Positions 1-9,421 are shown, counted from the first letter of the stretch. The stretch: DNA of 64,000 nt from Candidatus Bathyarchaeota archaeon (GCA_018396535.1 JAGTQC010000008.1:207-64206), one strand, 5' to 3'. Notes: a model not told the origin generated them from the sequence alone. Translations and numbers: made by a program.

Positions 1-13
1 AACCATAGTAGAC

Positions 14-481
14 TTGTACACGCACCCCTCATTCGCATGGATCATATACCTGGACGGCAGACGCCTACTAGAGGAAACAGAAACCATAGATATAAACATC
101 ACGGGCGTAGAGGCAAAGGCATTAACTAAGGATGCTGAGACAATAGTTACAGCGGCACACGCGATATATAAGGAACACATCTACCTCCTATCGGACTATT
201 ACGTAACGAAGGAATGGCTCAGTAGAAAAGCGCTGGGCTTGGCTGAAGAGCTTAAAGCAGAGAAAGCAGTAGAGATAGCCCTAAGACTTAACAAGCAGAT
301 AGAGAGGGGCCAGGTAGAGACACCAGTAAAGCTCAGTCCAGTGCAGGTAGGGGGGATCTTGACGAGGAAGATCATTAAAGACCCGGATTTCAGAGCAACA
401 TCGATAAACTTGCTGAAACTTATAGCTAGAAAGAGAGCTATGCAACAACTAGTCCAGAGAATTAAAAGAAAAGCGTATTAA
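14..481 (+). CDS. hypothetical protein
   Basis: 155-aa ORF with a TTG start at the window edge. No motif recognised. Its last ~55 nt recur as a degenerate, stop-containing copy near 2500-2580. Confidence 0.4.
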   Translation: MYTHPSFAWIIYLDGRRLLEETETIDINITGVEAKALTKDAETIVTAAHAIYKEHIYLLSDYYVTKEWLSRKALGLAEELKAEKAVEIALRLNKQIERGQVETPVKLSPVQVGGILTRKIIKDPDFRATSINLLKLIARKRAMQQLVQRIKRKAY

Positions 482-726
482 TGTTCAAGGATAGTGAAAT
501 AGCGATAATAACGTCTGGAGGAAAGGTATGTTAGCTAAAGCATCAGTCAGCGAGCTTAAAGCATGGAAACGGTAACAACAGATCTGAAGATCGATTAGGT
601 AAGCAGAAGAAACGCTAGTAAAGCTTAACCTCATATAAGCTGTGGGAACTTCCGTGAGTAAATCCGTAAAAGACATAGACTTTAGAACAATAAGCATGAG
701 CGAAATGTTTGGAAAAGACTTAAAGC

Positions 727-1119
727 GTGTATTCGCATCCTTTAGGGTGTGGAACTATGGGCCATACATTAGCTGAGGTTAAACTTTACAACCCTAATGA
801 TCCCTCCAAGTCCTTAAAACTGAAACTGCTTGTTAATAGAGATAGCGCTTACAGCTGGATTAAACGCGGAAGGCTTGAGAGTCTAGGCATAAAACCCATG
901 ACAAAGTGGAGGTTTAAAACCATTGAAGGAAGAATAATTGAGCGAGGGATCGGTGAAGCAGTAATCGAATGCCTAGATGAGAGGGCTACCAGAATCGTCG
1001 TCTTTGCAGAAAAGAGTGATGCCGAAGTTCTAGGTGTTGACGCCCTCGAAGGTTTAAGGCTTGAGGTTGATCCCATAACGAAGCAGCTTAGAAAGGTTGA
1101 AGTACTACTAGCATTATAA
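727..1119 (+). CDS. putative small retropepsin-like (clan AA) aspartic protease with atypical active site
   Basis: 130 aa. The pattern LLVNRDSA ... VLGVDALEGLRLEVDP resembles small archaeal retropepsin-like proteins, but the usual D-T/S-G-A is D-S-A here. Confidence 0.4.
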   Translation: MYSHPLGCGTMGHTLAEVKLYNPNDPSKSLKLKLLVNRDSAYSWIKRGRLESLGIKPMTKWRFKTIEGRIIERGIGEAVIECLDERATRIVVFAEKSDAEVLGVDALEGLRLEVDPITKQLRKVEVLLAL

Positions 1120-1414
1120 CCATGGCATCACTCCTAATCCTCTTTCAGATGTTATTCACGCTCACACATAACTTTTTTATAGGTTTGGACTTATCTGAGG
1201 AGTCTCATAATTAAGGCAATAATTGTCCATTCAGCCCCAATCCTCATAATTTTCAGGCTTTTCCTATAAATAGCATTCCTAAAACTTCTCTGCTGACGGA
1301 GATATTTAACTCAGGTTATAAGCCTACAAGTTTCAAACGTGAAACTACACTTCAAACGCCTATTGAGGAAGGTTTATTAACTAGTAGACCTTTTAGTACT
1401 ACTAGTGGTAATAC

Positions 1415-1648
1415 TTGAGCATAGTGTTTAGTGTGAAGATTAGGAAGGAAGTAAAGGAGAGGATGGATAAGTTTAAAGATAGGATCAACTGGGCTGATGA
1501 GGTTAGGCGGTTTATCGAGGAGACTCTCAGGAGGCTGGATGCTGAAAGTAACTTTAACGCATTATTAGAGCATCTTGAAGCTGCCGAGTGGGGTGTGCCA
1601 GCAGGCTTCTCCACCAGGTCCGTGAGGGAGGACCGTGATAGTGGTTGA
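1415..1648 (+). CDS. vapB: VapB-like antitoxin (RHH/CopG-like N-terminus)
   Basis: 77-aa ORF overlapping the downstream PIN gene by 14 nt. N-terminal beta-strand plus helices (VFSVKIRKEVKERMDKF) is typical of small antitoxins. Confidence 0.6.
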   Translation: MSIVFSVKIRKEVKERMDKFKDRINWADEVRRFIEETLRRLDAESNFNALLEHLEAAEWGVPAGFSTRSVREDRDSG

Positions 1649-2033
1649 TTCCTCGGCGCTGATAGCCTTTTTCCTTCGAGAGGAGGGTTGGAGGAGCATA
1701 GCTAAGTACATGATCCAGACTATTTCGATCGATCTAGCATTAAAAGAGTTCTATAATGCTCTCTGGAAGAGCGTTAAAATAAGAAAACACATAAGCTTAG
1801 ACGACGTCGCAAAAATACTAAATCTCCTTCGATCCTACATAGAGAAGAACATGTTGATCGAGTCAGAGATAAAGTACCTGGATAAAGCTTTCAAAATAGC
1901 CTTAGACTACAACATCACGGTCTACGATGCTCTATACGTAGCACAAGCACTACAACACGGTAAACCACTACTAACCCTCGACCAAAAACAAAGGGAAGTA
2001 GCAAGAAAGCTAGGAATAAACATCATCCCATAA
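1635..2033 (+). CDS. vapC: PIN-domain ribonuclease toxin VapC
   Basis: 132 aa. N-terminal VVDSSALIAFF carries an acidic residue, and the central/C-terminal YDALYVAQAL and LLTLDQ match the PIN signature. It is translationally coupled to the upstream small ORF. Confidence 0.8.
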   Translation: MIVVDSSALIAFFLREEGWRSIAKYMIQTISIDLALKEFYNALWKSVKIRKHISLDDVAKILNLLRSYIEKNMLIESEIKYLDKAFKIALDYNITVYDALYVAQALQHGKPLLTLDQKQREVARKLGINIIP

Positions 2034-2499
2034 AATACGCAGTAACACTTAAACACATGAGTTTACGGAATCCAAAAGTACTTACCCCAGCGTCATAAGC
2101 ATCAACACTAGATGTTTTCGAGCTAGCCGAAGAGTCCAGAGCCTCTAGCTCGAAGTTTCAATATACTGCCGAACCCGCTCAAGCCTATAAACCTAAGCCA
2201 GCTGATGGAGCTAGGGAGGTATACAAAGCTCTCGAAGATGGAGCGGTATCTGATACGCCTCTTTACCATAATTTGCTTGAAAGCGTAATATAATGCTCAT
2301 GTTAAGCTTCTACCACGAATAGAGTATCGTAAGTCCATAGGGTCTAGTGTACTCTATTCTACCCGTCATCGGGTCGACTTTTATCCCAAGCCTAAGGATG
2401 ATTATAGCAGTCGTATCGGAGAAAGAGAGAATTACTCAACTTAAAGGAGTTGAAAGATGGTAGCGATAAAGGTCAAGCTTTAGAGCGGTAAGCATGAAT

Positions 2500-2580
2500 A
2501 CGGTAAGACTAGCGACAAAAAAGAGAGCAATACAACAACTAATCTAGAGGATAAAGGGGAGGTTATTAAAGCAGAAATTA
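2500..2580 (+). pseudogene. relic of a paralogue of ORF 14..481 (C-terminal end only)
   Basis: KKRAIQQLI*RIKGRLLK aligns by eye with RKRAMQQLVQRIKRKAY* at 430-483. About three quarters of the nucleotides are identical over ~55 nt, and an in-frame TAG replaces CAG. Confidence 0.35.
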
Positions 2581-2882
2581 TCCATCTTAAGTAATGCTGA
2601 AATCCATGTTTCCCTTTGAATAATCGAATTGGAGAAGCCTCGTATAATAGCTTTCTTTTAGAATAAGGCTTAAACTAGCTTATCTAAACAGATATGGCGG
2701 GGGTTAGGTAGGAGGTTATCTAGTCCTCGATACAGTCTAGATCTAATATGCTCCTCCCGCCTTAAGGATCTCGTTATCCTTGTAAATTCATGGATTATCG
2801 TTAAGCTATGTATCCTGATACTTATCCTTAAGCTTCTATCCCTATTCTATCTATACCTTACCATTTTTATATTAATCGATCC

Positions 2883-3080
2883 TTATCCTCTCCTTCTATA
2901 AACCGTATTGCTTGAATAATAGAATTTTATCTTCTCACGGAAATCTACAGCTATCCCTCTAAGTATGGAATCCCTAGCTGATTCTAGTTCAGCTATAGCT
3001 TCACGTATATCCTTCGAATCCTTTAATACTAGGATAGCCCATGTAATAGCTTCTAAAGCACCTTTAGTATAATCGTTCAT
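2883..3080 (-). CDS. hypothetical small helical protein
   Basis: 65-aa ORF, the only ORF of at least 60 aa in the otherwise ORF-free 2041-3628 stretch. No motif recognised. Confidence 0.25.
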   Translation of the reverse strand: MNDYTKGALEAITWAILVLKDSKDIREAIAELESARDSILRGIAVDFREKIKFYYSSNTVYRRRG

Positions 3081-3628
3081 GATCTTTACGATAATACTGT
3101 GATATATATGGATAAAAACATTGAATAAGTATATGATGGAGGGGGAGGAAGGGGTAGCTGAAAATATTCCGACATATAAGATCCATAGTAGGTAGCGAAA
3201 GTATTCGCTATACTCATAGTTAACTATCCATTAGGAGTTGGTATATCTCAAATATGATTAGGCTGATAACTAGTAAAAATCTGAGCTAGCGGTATGCTAA
3301 GATATCTTCTAGCAGGTTAGCTATATCTAATCTAGGATCTATATAAAAAGGGGTATGTGCTAGCTTTAATAATAAGTAGTATACCTGGAATAGTAGTCCA
3401 TAAAGATTTGATATCTATACATCAACTTTATAAATATGAAAATATAATTCACAATTTTTTACAGCTATACTTCTTGCGAAAGTAATCTCTAGTTTAGCAT
3501 CTATACTAGCTAGTATACTCTCCATGATTCGGGAGTTATAGAATTCACATAGTAGATAGATTGGAAGCGAAGCCTGGGGGAGGATATGTTAGATCTGGTG
3601 AAACCCTGATGGATATCTATGATCCATA

Positions 3629-3988
3629 CTATCTCTCCCTCAGTATAACAGTATACCTTCTTATATTCCTCTGCCCTACTACAGGTATCTCTAATTCAAG
3701 TGATACTACGTATACATCCGTTGTTTGAAGATTGTATCTATCACCATCATATACCGTGAAGGATACAGTCTCCCCAGACATCATCTTCTCCTGTAGATAT
3801 TTCACTACGCTATTAGTCCACGCTACATCCTTCTCCACGCATGATAGACGCCATACACGTTTCATACCATATGTGAATCGTTTCACCGTAACCTTCTCAT
3901 CCATCCATGACATCCACTCAGATCCTAGAGGCTCGCTTCTCTCTGAGAAATCGATTACATCGATCGTATAGTTATCTATCGTGAACAT
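3629..3988 (-). CDS. virus-cluster protein, last gene of operon (tail tip/baseplate candidate)
   Basis: The ATG at 3988 overlaps the upstream TAA by 1 nt (TAATG), so I prefer this start over the 4003 start in the ORF track. Beta-rich, with no motif. Confidence 0.55.
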   Translation of the reverse strand: MFTIDNYTIDVIDFSERSEPLGSEWMSWMDEKVTVKRFTYGMKRVWRLSCVEKDVAWTNSVVKYLQEKMMSGETVSFTVYDGDRYNLQTTDVYVVSLELEIPVVGQRNIRRYTVILRER

Positions 3989-4272
3989 TACATCTCCTCG
4001 CATTCTAGATCGATATCTATGAATTTATCTAGAGAGAACTGTTTCCTAATAGGCTTCCTAGCTGTACGTACCTCATTCACTAATGCTTTAACAACATCTA
4101 CGAAATCCTGTTCTGTAGGTTCCCTACCGATTAGTTCTCGAATCCTTCGAAGCCTATCCTCTACATCCCCATAATCTACCTCGATAATCCTAGTAGTCTG
4201 ATCAGGGAAATCCGCTTGGATTCGTAGGATTATCCTACCAGCTTTCGCATCCACTTGAACTATCCTTATCAT
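3988..4272 (-). CDS. virus-cluster small protein
   Basis: The internal ATG at 4272 forms an ATGA overlap with the stop of ORF 4269..5588. The longer 4371 start would overlap the upstream gene by ~100 nt. Confidence 0.55.
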   Translation of the reverse strand: MIRIVQVDAKAGRIILRIQADFPDQTTRIIEVDYGDVEDRLRRIRELIGREPTEQDFVDVVKALVNEVRTARKPIRKQFSLDKFIDIDLECEEM

Positions 4273-5588
4273 ACTCTCACATCCACAGCTACAAGACTTA
4301 TACATGCACCATAACCGCTTATGATGAGCGCTGACTGCTCGGGCTCTTGTATATCGAACGTATAGCTCCATAGGAGGCTTCCAGACCCCTGCGTCACATC
4401 CACGTCGAGACGTATGATCTTCACCGGATCATCAAACAATGGATCAAAGAGAATGTATGCTGTGCTTCCAGGCGGAAAGCGGAATAGGAGTGGTGCATAA
4501 TTCCCATTGTATGTTATTATCCAGGGGCAGATCCATGCTGAGATGTATACGATAGTATTCGTGTTAGCTTTTTCAACCTCGATCATATAGCTTGTATTCA
4601 CATCAACCTCGAGGCTTAAGCGTCCATGTGCTGGATGGTTTCTCTTACCGTTGTAGCTATAAATATTAAATGTTTTTTCTTCATTGTTTATCTTCAGCTT
4701 CACATAGTTTGTTCCAGAGCCTATGTTTGTCTCTGCATCATCGGTGTATGCTGATAGATCGATCATTAGATGCGTCTTCCTAAACGAGCCTATCGCAGTC
4801 ATTCTTGAAGATGTATTAAGTTGAAAACTACTCGAGTATACATCGAAATTTCTTTTGTTCATATCTGAGAAAGATATAGTTTTTAAAATAATGTTTGAAA
4901 TAGTAACGGTGATGTTATCGAGGCTTAACGCTATAATACTAAGCGTATGTTGGCCTGGTGTAAGCCCGAATATCGCATATTTCTTGGCGTTAGATATTGA
5001 TGAGGAGTGATATTCACCATTTAGATACATGTTATCGATCATGACGCCTATATAGCATGCTCCACCAGCTGAAGCTGTGAATGTTAAGAGAAGTGTTGAA
5101 TCGCTTGAAAGATTAAACGATTTAGATACTACTGTATCGTAGCTCTTCTTGTGATATATTATCTCGATGTATCTTATCGATCCAGAATAACTGCTACTAC
5201 CAGATCTGATGTATACTCGTATTGTTACGCTTTTATCTTTACCGAAGCATCTATTGATCACAAAGCTTCTCGAAACCCATGTAGCTGAGCCAAGATGCTC
5301 ATCAAGATGTATCTGCTCCTCACTTCCACCAGTCTCCTGGGCTGTAACCCTAACGCCAAAAAGTACACCACTACTCTGGTTAGTCTGATAGGATATCTTG
5401 TATACGCCTATATGACCGCCTGATTCTGGATTAAAAGTTACGGTTTTCACTAAAACATAGCTTGTACTACTAGTACTGTATGTGTTTGAATCGTAGTCTC
5501 GTACAGCATTCGCAACATTATAACTACTTGAATCTGAAACGAGTATCTGTTCATCGAGTATTCTCCATACTCTTTCACTTAAAATCAT
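4269..5588 (-). CDS. distal tail / baseplate / receptor-binding candidate
   Basis: 439-aa Ser/Thr/Asn-rich, beta-type sequence immediately downstream of the tape measure gene. The call rests on position. Confidence 0.55.
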   Translation of the reverse strand: MILSERVWRILDEQILVSDSSSYNVANAVRDYDSNTYSTSSTSYVLVKTVTFNPESGGHIGVYKISYQTNQSSGVLFGVRVTAQETGGSEEQIHLDEHLGSATWVSRSFVINRCFGKDKSVTIRVYIRSGSSSYSGSIRYIEIIYHKKSYDTVVSKSFNLSSDSTLLLTFTASAGGACYIGVMIDNMYLNGEYHSSSISNAKKYAIFGLTPGQHTLSIIALSLDNITVTISNIILKTISFSDMNKRNFDVYSSSFQLNTSSRMTAIGSFRKTHLMIDLSAYTDDAETNIGSGTNYVKLKINNEEKTFNIYSYNGKRNHPAHGRLSLEVDVNTSYMIEVEKANTNTIVYISAWICPWIITYNGNYAPLLFRFPPGSTAYILFDPLFDDPVKIIRLDVDVTQGSGSLLWSYTFDIQEPEQSALIISGYGACISLVAVDVRV

Positions 5589-5590
5589 TT

Positions 5591-7048
5591 CTACATCACC
5601 CTCGATATAACTATCCTCTTTGTAGGAGCATAGCGGGATGTAGGCTCTATCAACACTGTTTTAAGCTTCTCCTCTACAAGCCTAGCTAATTTCTCCTCAT
5701 CTACGCTACCGTATACAGCTACAAGAGGACCTGTAACCGTAACTATATTTCCACCTCCAGCTGGTATACCTGAAAACTCGTATACTATACCTCCTATACC
5801 TGACGATACTATACGATCAACCTCCCTCATCCCCCTCTCAGCTGTATCTACTATATCACGCCACATATCAGTCCATATAGATCCGCCAGTCAAAACCTTC
5901 CAAAGCCATTCGAAAGCTCCTCTTACACTATCTACAAGCCAGCTCCACACATTTCTAAACCAGCCTACGAAACCATCTATCACCGATACTATTCTATCAA
6001 TAACATTCTCGAGTATATCCCTTATACCAAACCAGTTCTCACGCCAAGCCATGAATAGGAAGCCTACAGCCGCTACTATACCCATGATAGCAAGCGTAAG
6101 CGGATTCGCTAAGAGAGGTATGATAGATGTAGATATCAATGTACCTAGAGATGAGAATGCGGATATCAAGCCTCCAGCACCTGCTACTGATGATGATAAG
6201 CTCATAACCTGACCTATGACGGATGGAATAGTTGTTAAAGCAAACTTCAAGTATATATCGTTTACATTATTCTGTACCTGTTGTAGACGTTCTACCGCAA
6301 GCCTTAGATCCTCTTGTGCCGCTTGTAATCTTTCCTCTGTTGATCTACGCTTCTCCTCGGTATCTGATATTAATTTATGTGTAGATTCAAGCATTTTTGT
6401 AACACTATCAACCTCCTTCTCTGTATCCCTGAGCGTTGCCTGAGCATTCTTTAATTCATCAGTTTTAAGCTTCAAATTCTCTGTAGCCTTCTGTAATGTA
6501 AGTCTAGCCTCCATAAGCTGTATCTCCTTTTCTTGTATTAATTCTGTATCATCTTTATGCAGTTTTTTAGCAATTCTCAGCTCTTCCTCAGCTTGCTTCA
6601 CGAATTCCTGAGCCCATCTAACCTCTTCCAAAGCCTGCTGATACTCTATCTGTTTTTGGTTTACAAGTTCTTGAACCTCTCTAAGCCTATTCAATAACTC
6701 AGCTCTACGATTCTCCAGCTCAGCCAATCTCGCTTGAGCGTTAGTTAGAGTTTCAGTTAATGATGCTAATTCCCTCTGTAGATTAGCTACACGTCTCTGC
6801 TGATCCTCAACACGATTCATAGCTATCTCAACACGTAGATTCGCATTCTCAAGACTCTGCATAAAATTGTATACAGTTAAACCTACATTCACAAGAGTAT
6901 TGAAATTATCCCACACCTTCGATACAACATTCTTCAAACTATCGAAACGCGACACATTATCCTCAACACTATCCGCTACATCTCGAAGCGTACCACTAGC
7001 CTCATCCACCGCTCTAAGCAGTATATCTACCTGAACCCTCTCAGCCAT
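5591..7048 (-). CDS. tail tape measure protein
   Basis: 485 aa. A long heptad-like coiled-coil N-terminal half (LQRELASLTETLTNAQARLAELENRRAELL...) is followed by Gly/Ala-rich hydrophobic segments. It sits after the chaperone and before the distal tail genes. Confidence 0.75.
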   Translation of the reverse strand: MAERVQVDILLRAVDEASGTLRDVADSVEDNVSRFDSLKNVVSKVWDNFNTLVNVGLTVYNFMQSLENANLRVEIAMNRVEDQQRRVANLQRELASLTETLTNAQARLAELENRRAELLNRLREVQELVNQKQIEYQQALEEVRWAQEFVKQAEEELRIAKKLHKDDTELIQEKEIQLMEARLTLQKATENLKLKTDELKNAQATLRDTEKEVDSVTKMLESTHKLISDTEEKRRSTEERLQAAQEDLRLAVERLQQVQNNVNDIYLKFALTTIPSVIGQVMSLSSSVAGAGGLISAFSSLGTLISTSIIPLLANPLTLAIMGIVAAVGFLFMAWRENWFGIRDILENVIDRIVSVIDGFVGWFRNVWSWLVDSVRGAFEWLWKVLTGGSIWTDMWRDIVDTAERGMREVDRIVSSGIGGIVYEFSGIPAGGGNIVTVTGPLVAVYGSVDEEKLARLVEEKLKTVLIEPTSRYAPTKRIVISRVM

Positions 7049-8445
7049 ATTTCCACACCCGGTCTAACCCAATAATAATATGCATACTCCATACCTGGTA
7101 ACGGATAGCTGTGAATGTATGATGCAAGTGTATGGAGTGGTAGAATACCCTTAGCTAAACACCGCTTATAATAGAGCGTTCTACCAAAGCATCTATATAC
7201 TCTAACCCTACTCAACCTCTTCTGTAGCTCTATCAATTTATCTTCAGGTAGGCTTCTAAGCCAATCGTATACTAGACGCCATGAAACCCTATTCTCAGGT
7301 TTAAAACCGTAGCTAGATAGTGTATCCTCGAATATCTTCATATCGCGATCATACTCCACCCTCCGTATCCCGCCAAGCTTCATACCAGCCTTCTCGAAGA
7401 ACGGGTTGTATATAGCCATAGCAGCCATAGCTTCTACGATATCTGCATCTGTACGTGTAAGAGTATCGGCTACTAGCCTAGCTCCTAATCCTACACCCCT
7501 CCACGATGGATGTACGACTACACGGCTTATAGCGAGAAGCTTCTTCGATTTAGCTAGATCTCGTAGATCCGAACCGAATACTCTTCTACGCATACGATTC
7601 GAGAGGGATGCATAGGAATATACGATAACACCTACGATATCATCGTGGTATACAGCTTTATACACGTTAGCTACGTAGACGGGTGTAAACCCCTTATAGT
7701 GGAATATCTCAAGCTTCATATAATCCTTCTTCCTACCTTCAACTATCTCTACATCCTTTAGTAGGCTGAAGGGTTTCGATTCGAATCTACGTTTCTCGAC
7801 TTTTGGAGGCTTGAGGAAGGGTTTTACTATTATTATGTCTGGGTTGAGATCTTCGATTATATCGTTATGGCTTGAAGCAGATATGAATGTCTTACCGTAT
7901 TTTCTAGCGATCTTCTGAGCTGTGTAGGCTACGACTCTAGCTGTAAGTCTATCGAGTAAACTACAAAATTCATCCACTATTATTGCTTCGTAATTCTCGG
8001 ATACAGCTTTATAGAATGTTTTAGCAAGTCTATAACGATACTTTTGTCCAGCTGAAAGCTCGCTATAGCTTCTTACGAATAGCATAGCTTCACCTAAGCC
8101 AGCCATACTCAGGAAATATAATGCCTCCCTCGTATCTCTACCGATGGATTCGCATAGAACCTCATCATCTGTTACAGCTACATCATCCATATCGACAGCT
8201 TTAGATCCATACAAGCTCTTGAAGGCTTTCAGAAGAGTGGTCTTACCCCCACCCGATTCGCCTGTAACGAATATCACAGATGGATCATCCCATTCAAGCC
8301 TGAAATCCTTGAACACCGTATAGTATTCATCCCTCTCACCTAGACCGAAGGCTCTAACGATATCGATTACACGTCTAGATGTGGATCTCGATACAGGCTT
8401 AAACTCTACAGAAATCTCCAATACGGGGAAGAGTGGGTAAACCAT
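7027..8445 (-). CDS. ABC-type ATPase fused to GNAT acetyltransferase domain
   Basis: Walker A GESGGGKTT, signature LSAGQKYR, Walker B AIIVDEF and H-loop SSHN. The C-terminal GNAT motif A is ISRVVVHPSWRGVGLGARL. Confidence 0.8.
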   Translation of the reverse strand: MVYPLFPVLEISVEFKPVSRSTSRRVIDIVRAFGLGERDEYYTVFKDFRLEWDDPSVIFVTGESGGGKTTLLKAFKSLYGSKAVDMDDVAVTDDEVLCESIGRDTREALYFLSMAGLGEAMLFVRSYSELSAGQKYRYRLAKTFYKAVSENYEAIIVDEFCSLLDRLTARVVAYTAQKIARKYGKTFISASSHNDIIEDLNPDIIIVKPFLKPPKVEKRRFESKPFSLLKDVEIVEGRKKDYMKLEIFHYKGFTPVYVANVYKAVYHDDIVGVIVYSYASLSNRMRRRVFGSDLRDLAKSKKLLAISRVVVHPSWRGVGLGARLVADTLTRTDADIVEAMAAMAIYNPFFEKAGMKLGGIRRVEYDRDMKIFEDTLSSYGFKPENRVSWRLVYDWLRSLPEDKLIELQKRLSRVRVYRCFGRTLYYKRCLAKGILPLHTLASYIHSYPLPGMEYAYYYWVRPGVEIWLRGFR

Positions 8446-8451
8446 AGCTGT

Positions 8452-8592
8452 TCACCAGTTTTTCGGTTTTCTCGTTTTGATACTCCTCTGCCTTTCGTAA
8501 TACCACTCCAGCCATGCGGTAAGAAAGTATACCTGATCGACTGTTAGCGATCCTATGTATTCGAGTGTATAGCCATACTCGTAGGCTATCAA
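8452..8592 (-). CDS. small ORF in the -1 frame of the chaperone gene (gpT-like extension)
   Basis: 46 codons, LIAYEYGYTLEYIGSLTVDQVYFLTAWLEWYYERQRSIKTRKPKNW. It is shorter than the ORF-track cutoff. Its frame stays open back through the slippery site at 8643-8649. Confidence 0.5.
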   Translation of the reverse strand: MIAYEYGYTLEYIGSLTVDQVYFLTAWLEWYYERQRSIKTRKPKNW

Positions 8593-8594
8593 GC

Positions 8595-8981
8595 CTAGGA
8601 GTTGAGCTTCCCTGCTTCTTCTAACAAAGCTCCTAACCGCTGGAAAGGGGTTACTATACGCATAAGTATCGCTGTAAATGCATCGACAGGCATCTCCCTT
8701 ACATCATCTATAGTGATGGATGGATCTACTTTATTTATAGCCTTCCATACGATTAGATAGTTGAGTTCATCATTTGATTTAGCCTGATTCCTTAGATCCA
8801 ATAGCTCTGTATATGTAAGTTTAGCGACTCTGATATAGCCTCCATAATCTGGTAGATATACATCGAGGATCTTCTTAGAGAGAATATCTTTAATCGAGAT
8901 CTGTCTAGCTTCAGCTTCCCTTACCTTCTCATACTTCTCTAGCTTACGCCTATATCCTTCTACCTTATCCTCCATACTCAT
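8595..8981 (-). CDS. tail assembly chaperone (gpG-like)
   Basis: 128-aa acidic protein between the tube candidate and the tape measure region. It has a -1 frame extension downstream, the conserved arrangement in long-tailed viruses. Confidence 0.55.
   Translation of the reverse strand: MSMEDKVEGYRRKLEKYEKVREAEARQISIKDILSKKILDVYLPDYGGYIRVAKLTYTELLDLRNQAKSNDELNYLIVWKAINKVDPSITIDDVREMPVDAFTAILMRIVTPFQRLGALLEEAGKLNS
8643..8649 (-). promoter_or_regulatory. candidate -1 programmed ribosomal frameshift heptamer C_CCT_TTC
   Basis: On the minus strand, acc cct ttc in the zero frame gives X_XXY_YYZ = CCCTTTC. An interrupted stem (TAGGAGCTT ... AAGCTCaactCCTA) begins about 7 nt downstream. Confidence 0.5.
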
Positions 8982-9013
8982 AGATCTACACCTATACGGC
9001 TATCGGTTTCGCG

Positions 9014-9406
9014 TTATGATTGAGTACTAAACGTTATAGCTGAAGCCTCCCCTTCTATACTCTCCATTATCACGCCATCCTGCTCTATCGTTAACTCCCA
9101 GCTAGTTAGGATAACGTTATTCAACGCTATCCTAGGCTTACCTATACCTACACCATCAGGTAGGATTTCTATCGTAATCTTAGATCCATCAAGTATATCT
9201 TGGGCATAGGTATTATCGATATACATCTTCTCTATCGATATTTTGAAACTCTTATTACCGCTATCTAGTATCACAGGCTTATCATCACCGATCGCGTATA
9301 TCTTAATCAGCTCAGCATCTATCGATACAGATACATCTGTAGCATACCCTATGGTAGATGTACCCTTCTTTACGATTGCTCTCCTACCTATGATAGGCGT
9401 AGACAT
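9014..9406 (-). CDS. major tail (tube) protein candidate
   Basis: 130-aa beta-rich ORF directly upstream of the chaperone gene. The call rests on position and size only. Confidence 0.5.
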   Translation of the reverse strand: MSTPIIGRRAIVKKGTSTIGYATDVSVSIDAELIKIYAIGDDKPVILDSGNKSFKISIEKMYIDNTYAQDILDGSKITIEILPDGVGIGKPRIALNNVILTSWELTIEQDGVIMESIEGEASAITFSTQS

Positions 9407-9421
9407 ATACCATCCACACCC

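Noticed and set aside
2696-2761. GGCGGG...CCCGCC terminal pairing over 66 nt, considered as a tRNA-like or small structured RNA.
   Set aside because: It is too short for a tRNA and has no T-loop or D-loop consensus. The inner pairing needs an 8-nt bulge. This is insufficient to call an RNA gene.
3131-3161. ATGATGG ... CTGA spacing considered as a C/D box sRNA.
   Set aside because: The C box is imperfect, the C-to-D' spacing is too long for a 12-nt guide, and there is no terminal C/D pairing or second box pair.
4273-4371. Longer N-terminal extensions given by the ORF track, also 3989-4003 and 43315-43404.
   Set aside because: Internal ATGs create classical ATGA/TAATG coupling with the upstream stop, or a canonical family N-terminus (MKYRRFGKT for the AKR). 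The extensions would overlap upstream genes or add Cys/His-rich junk.
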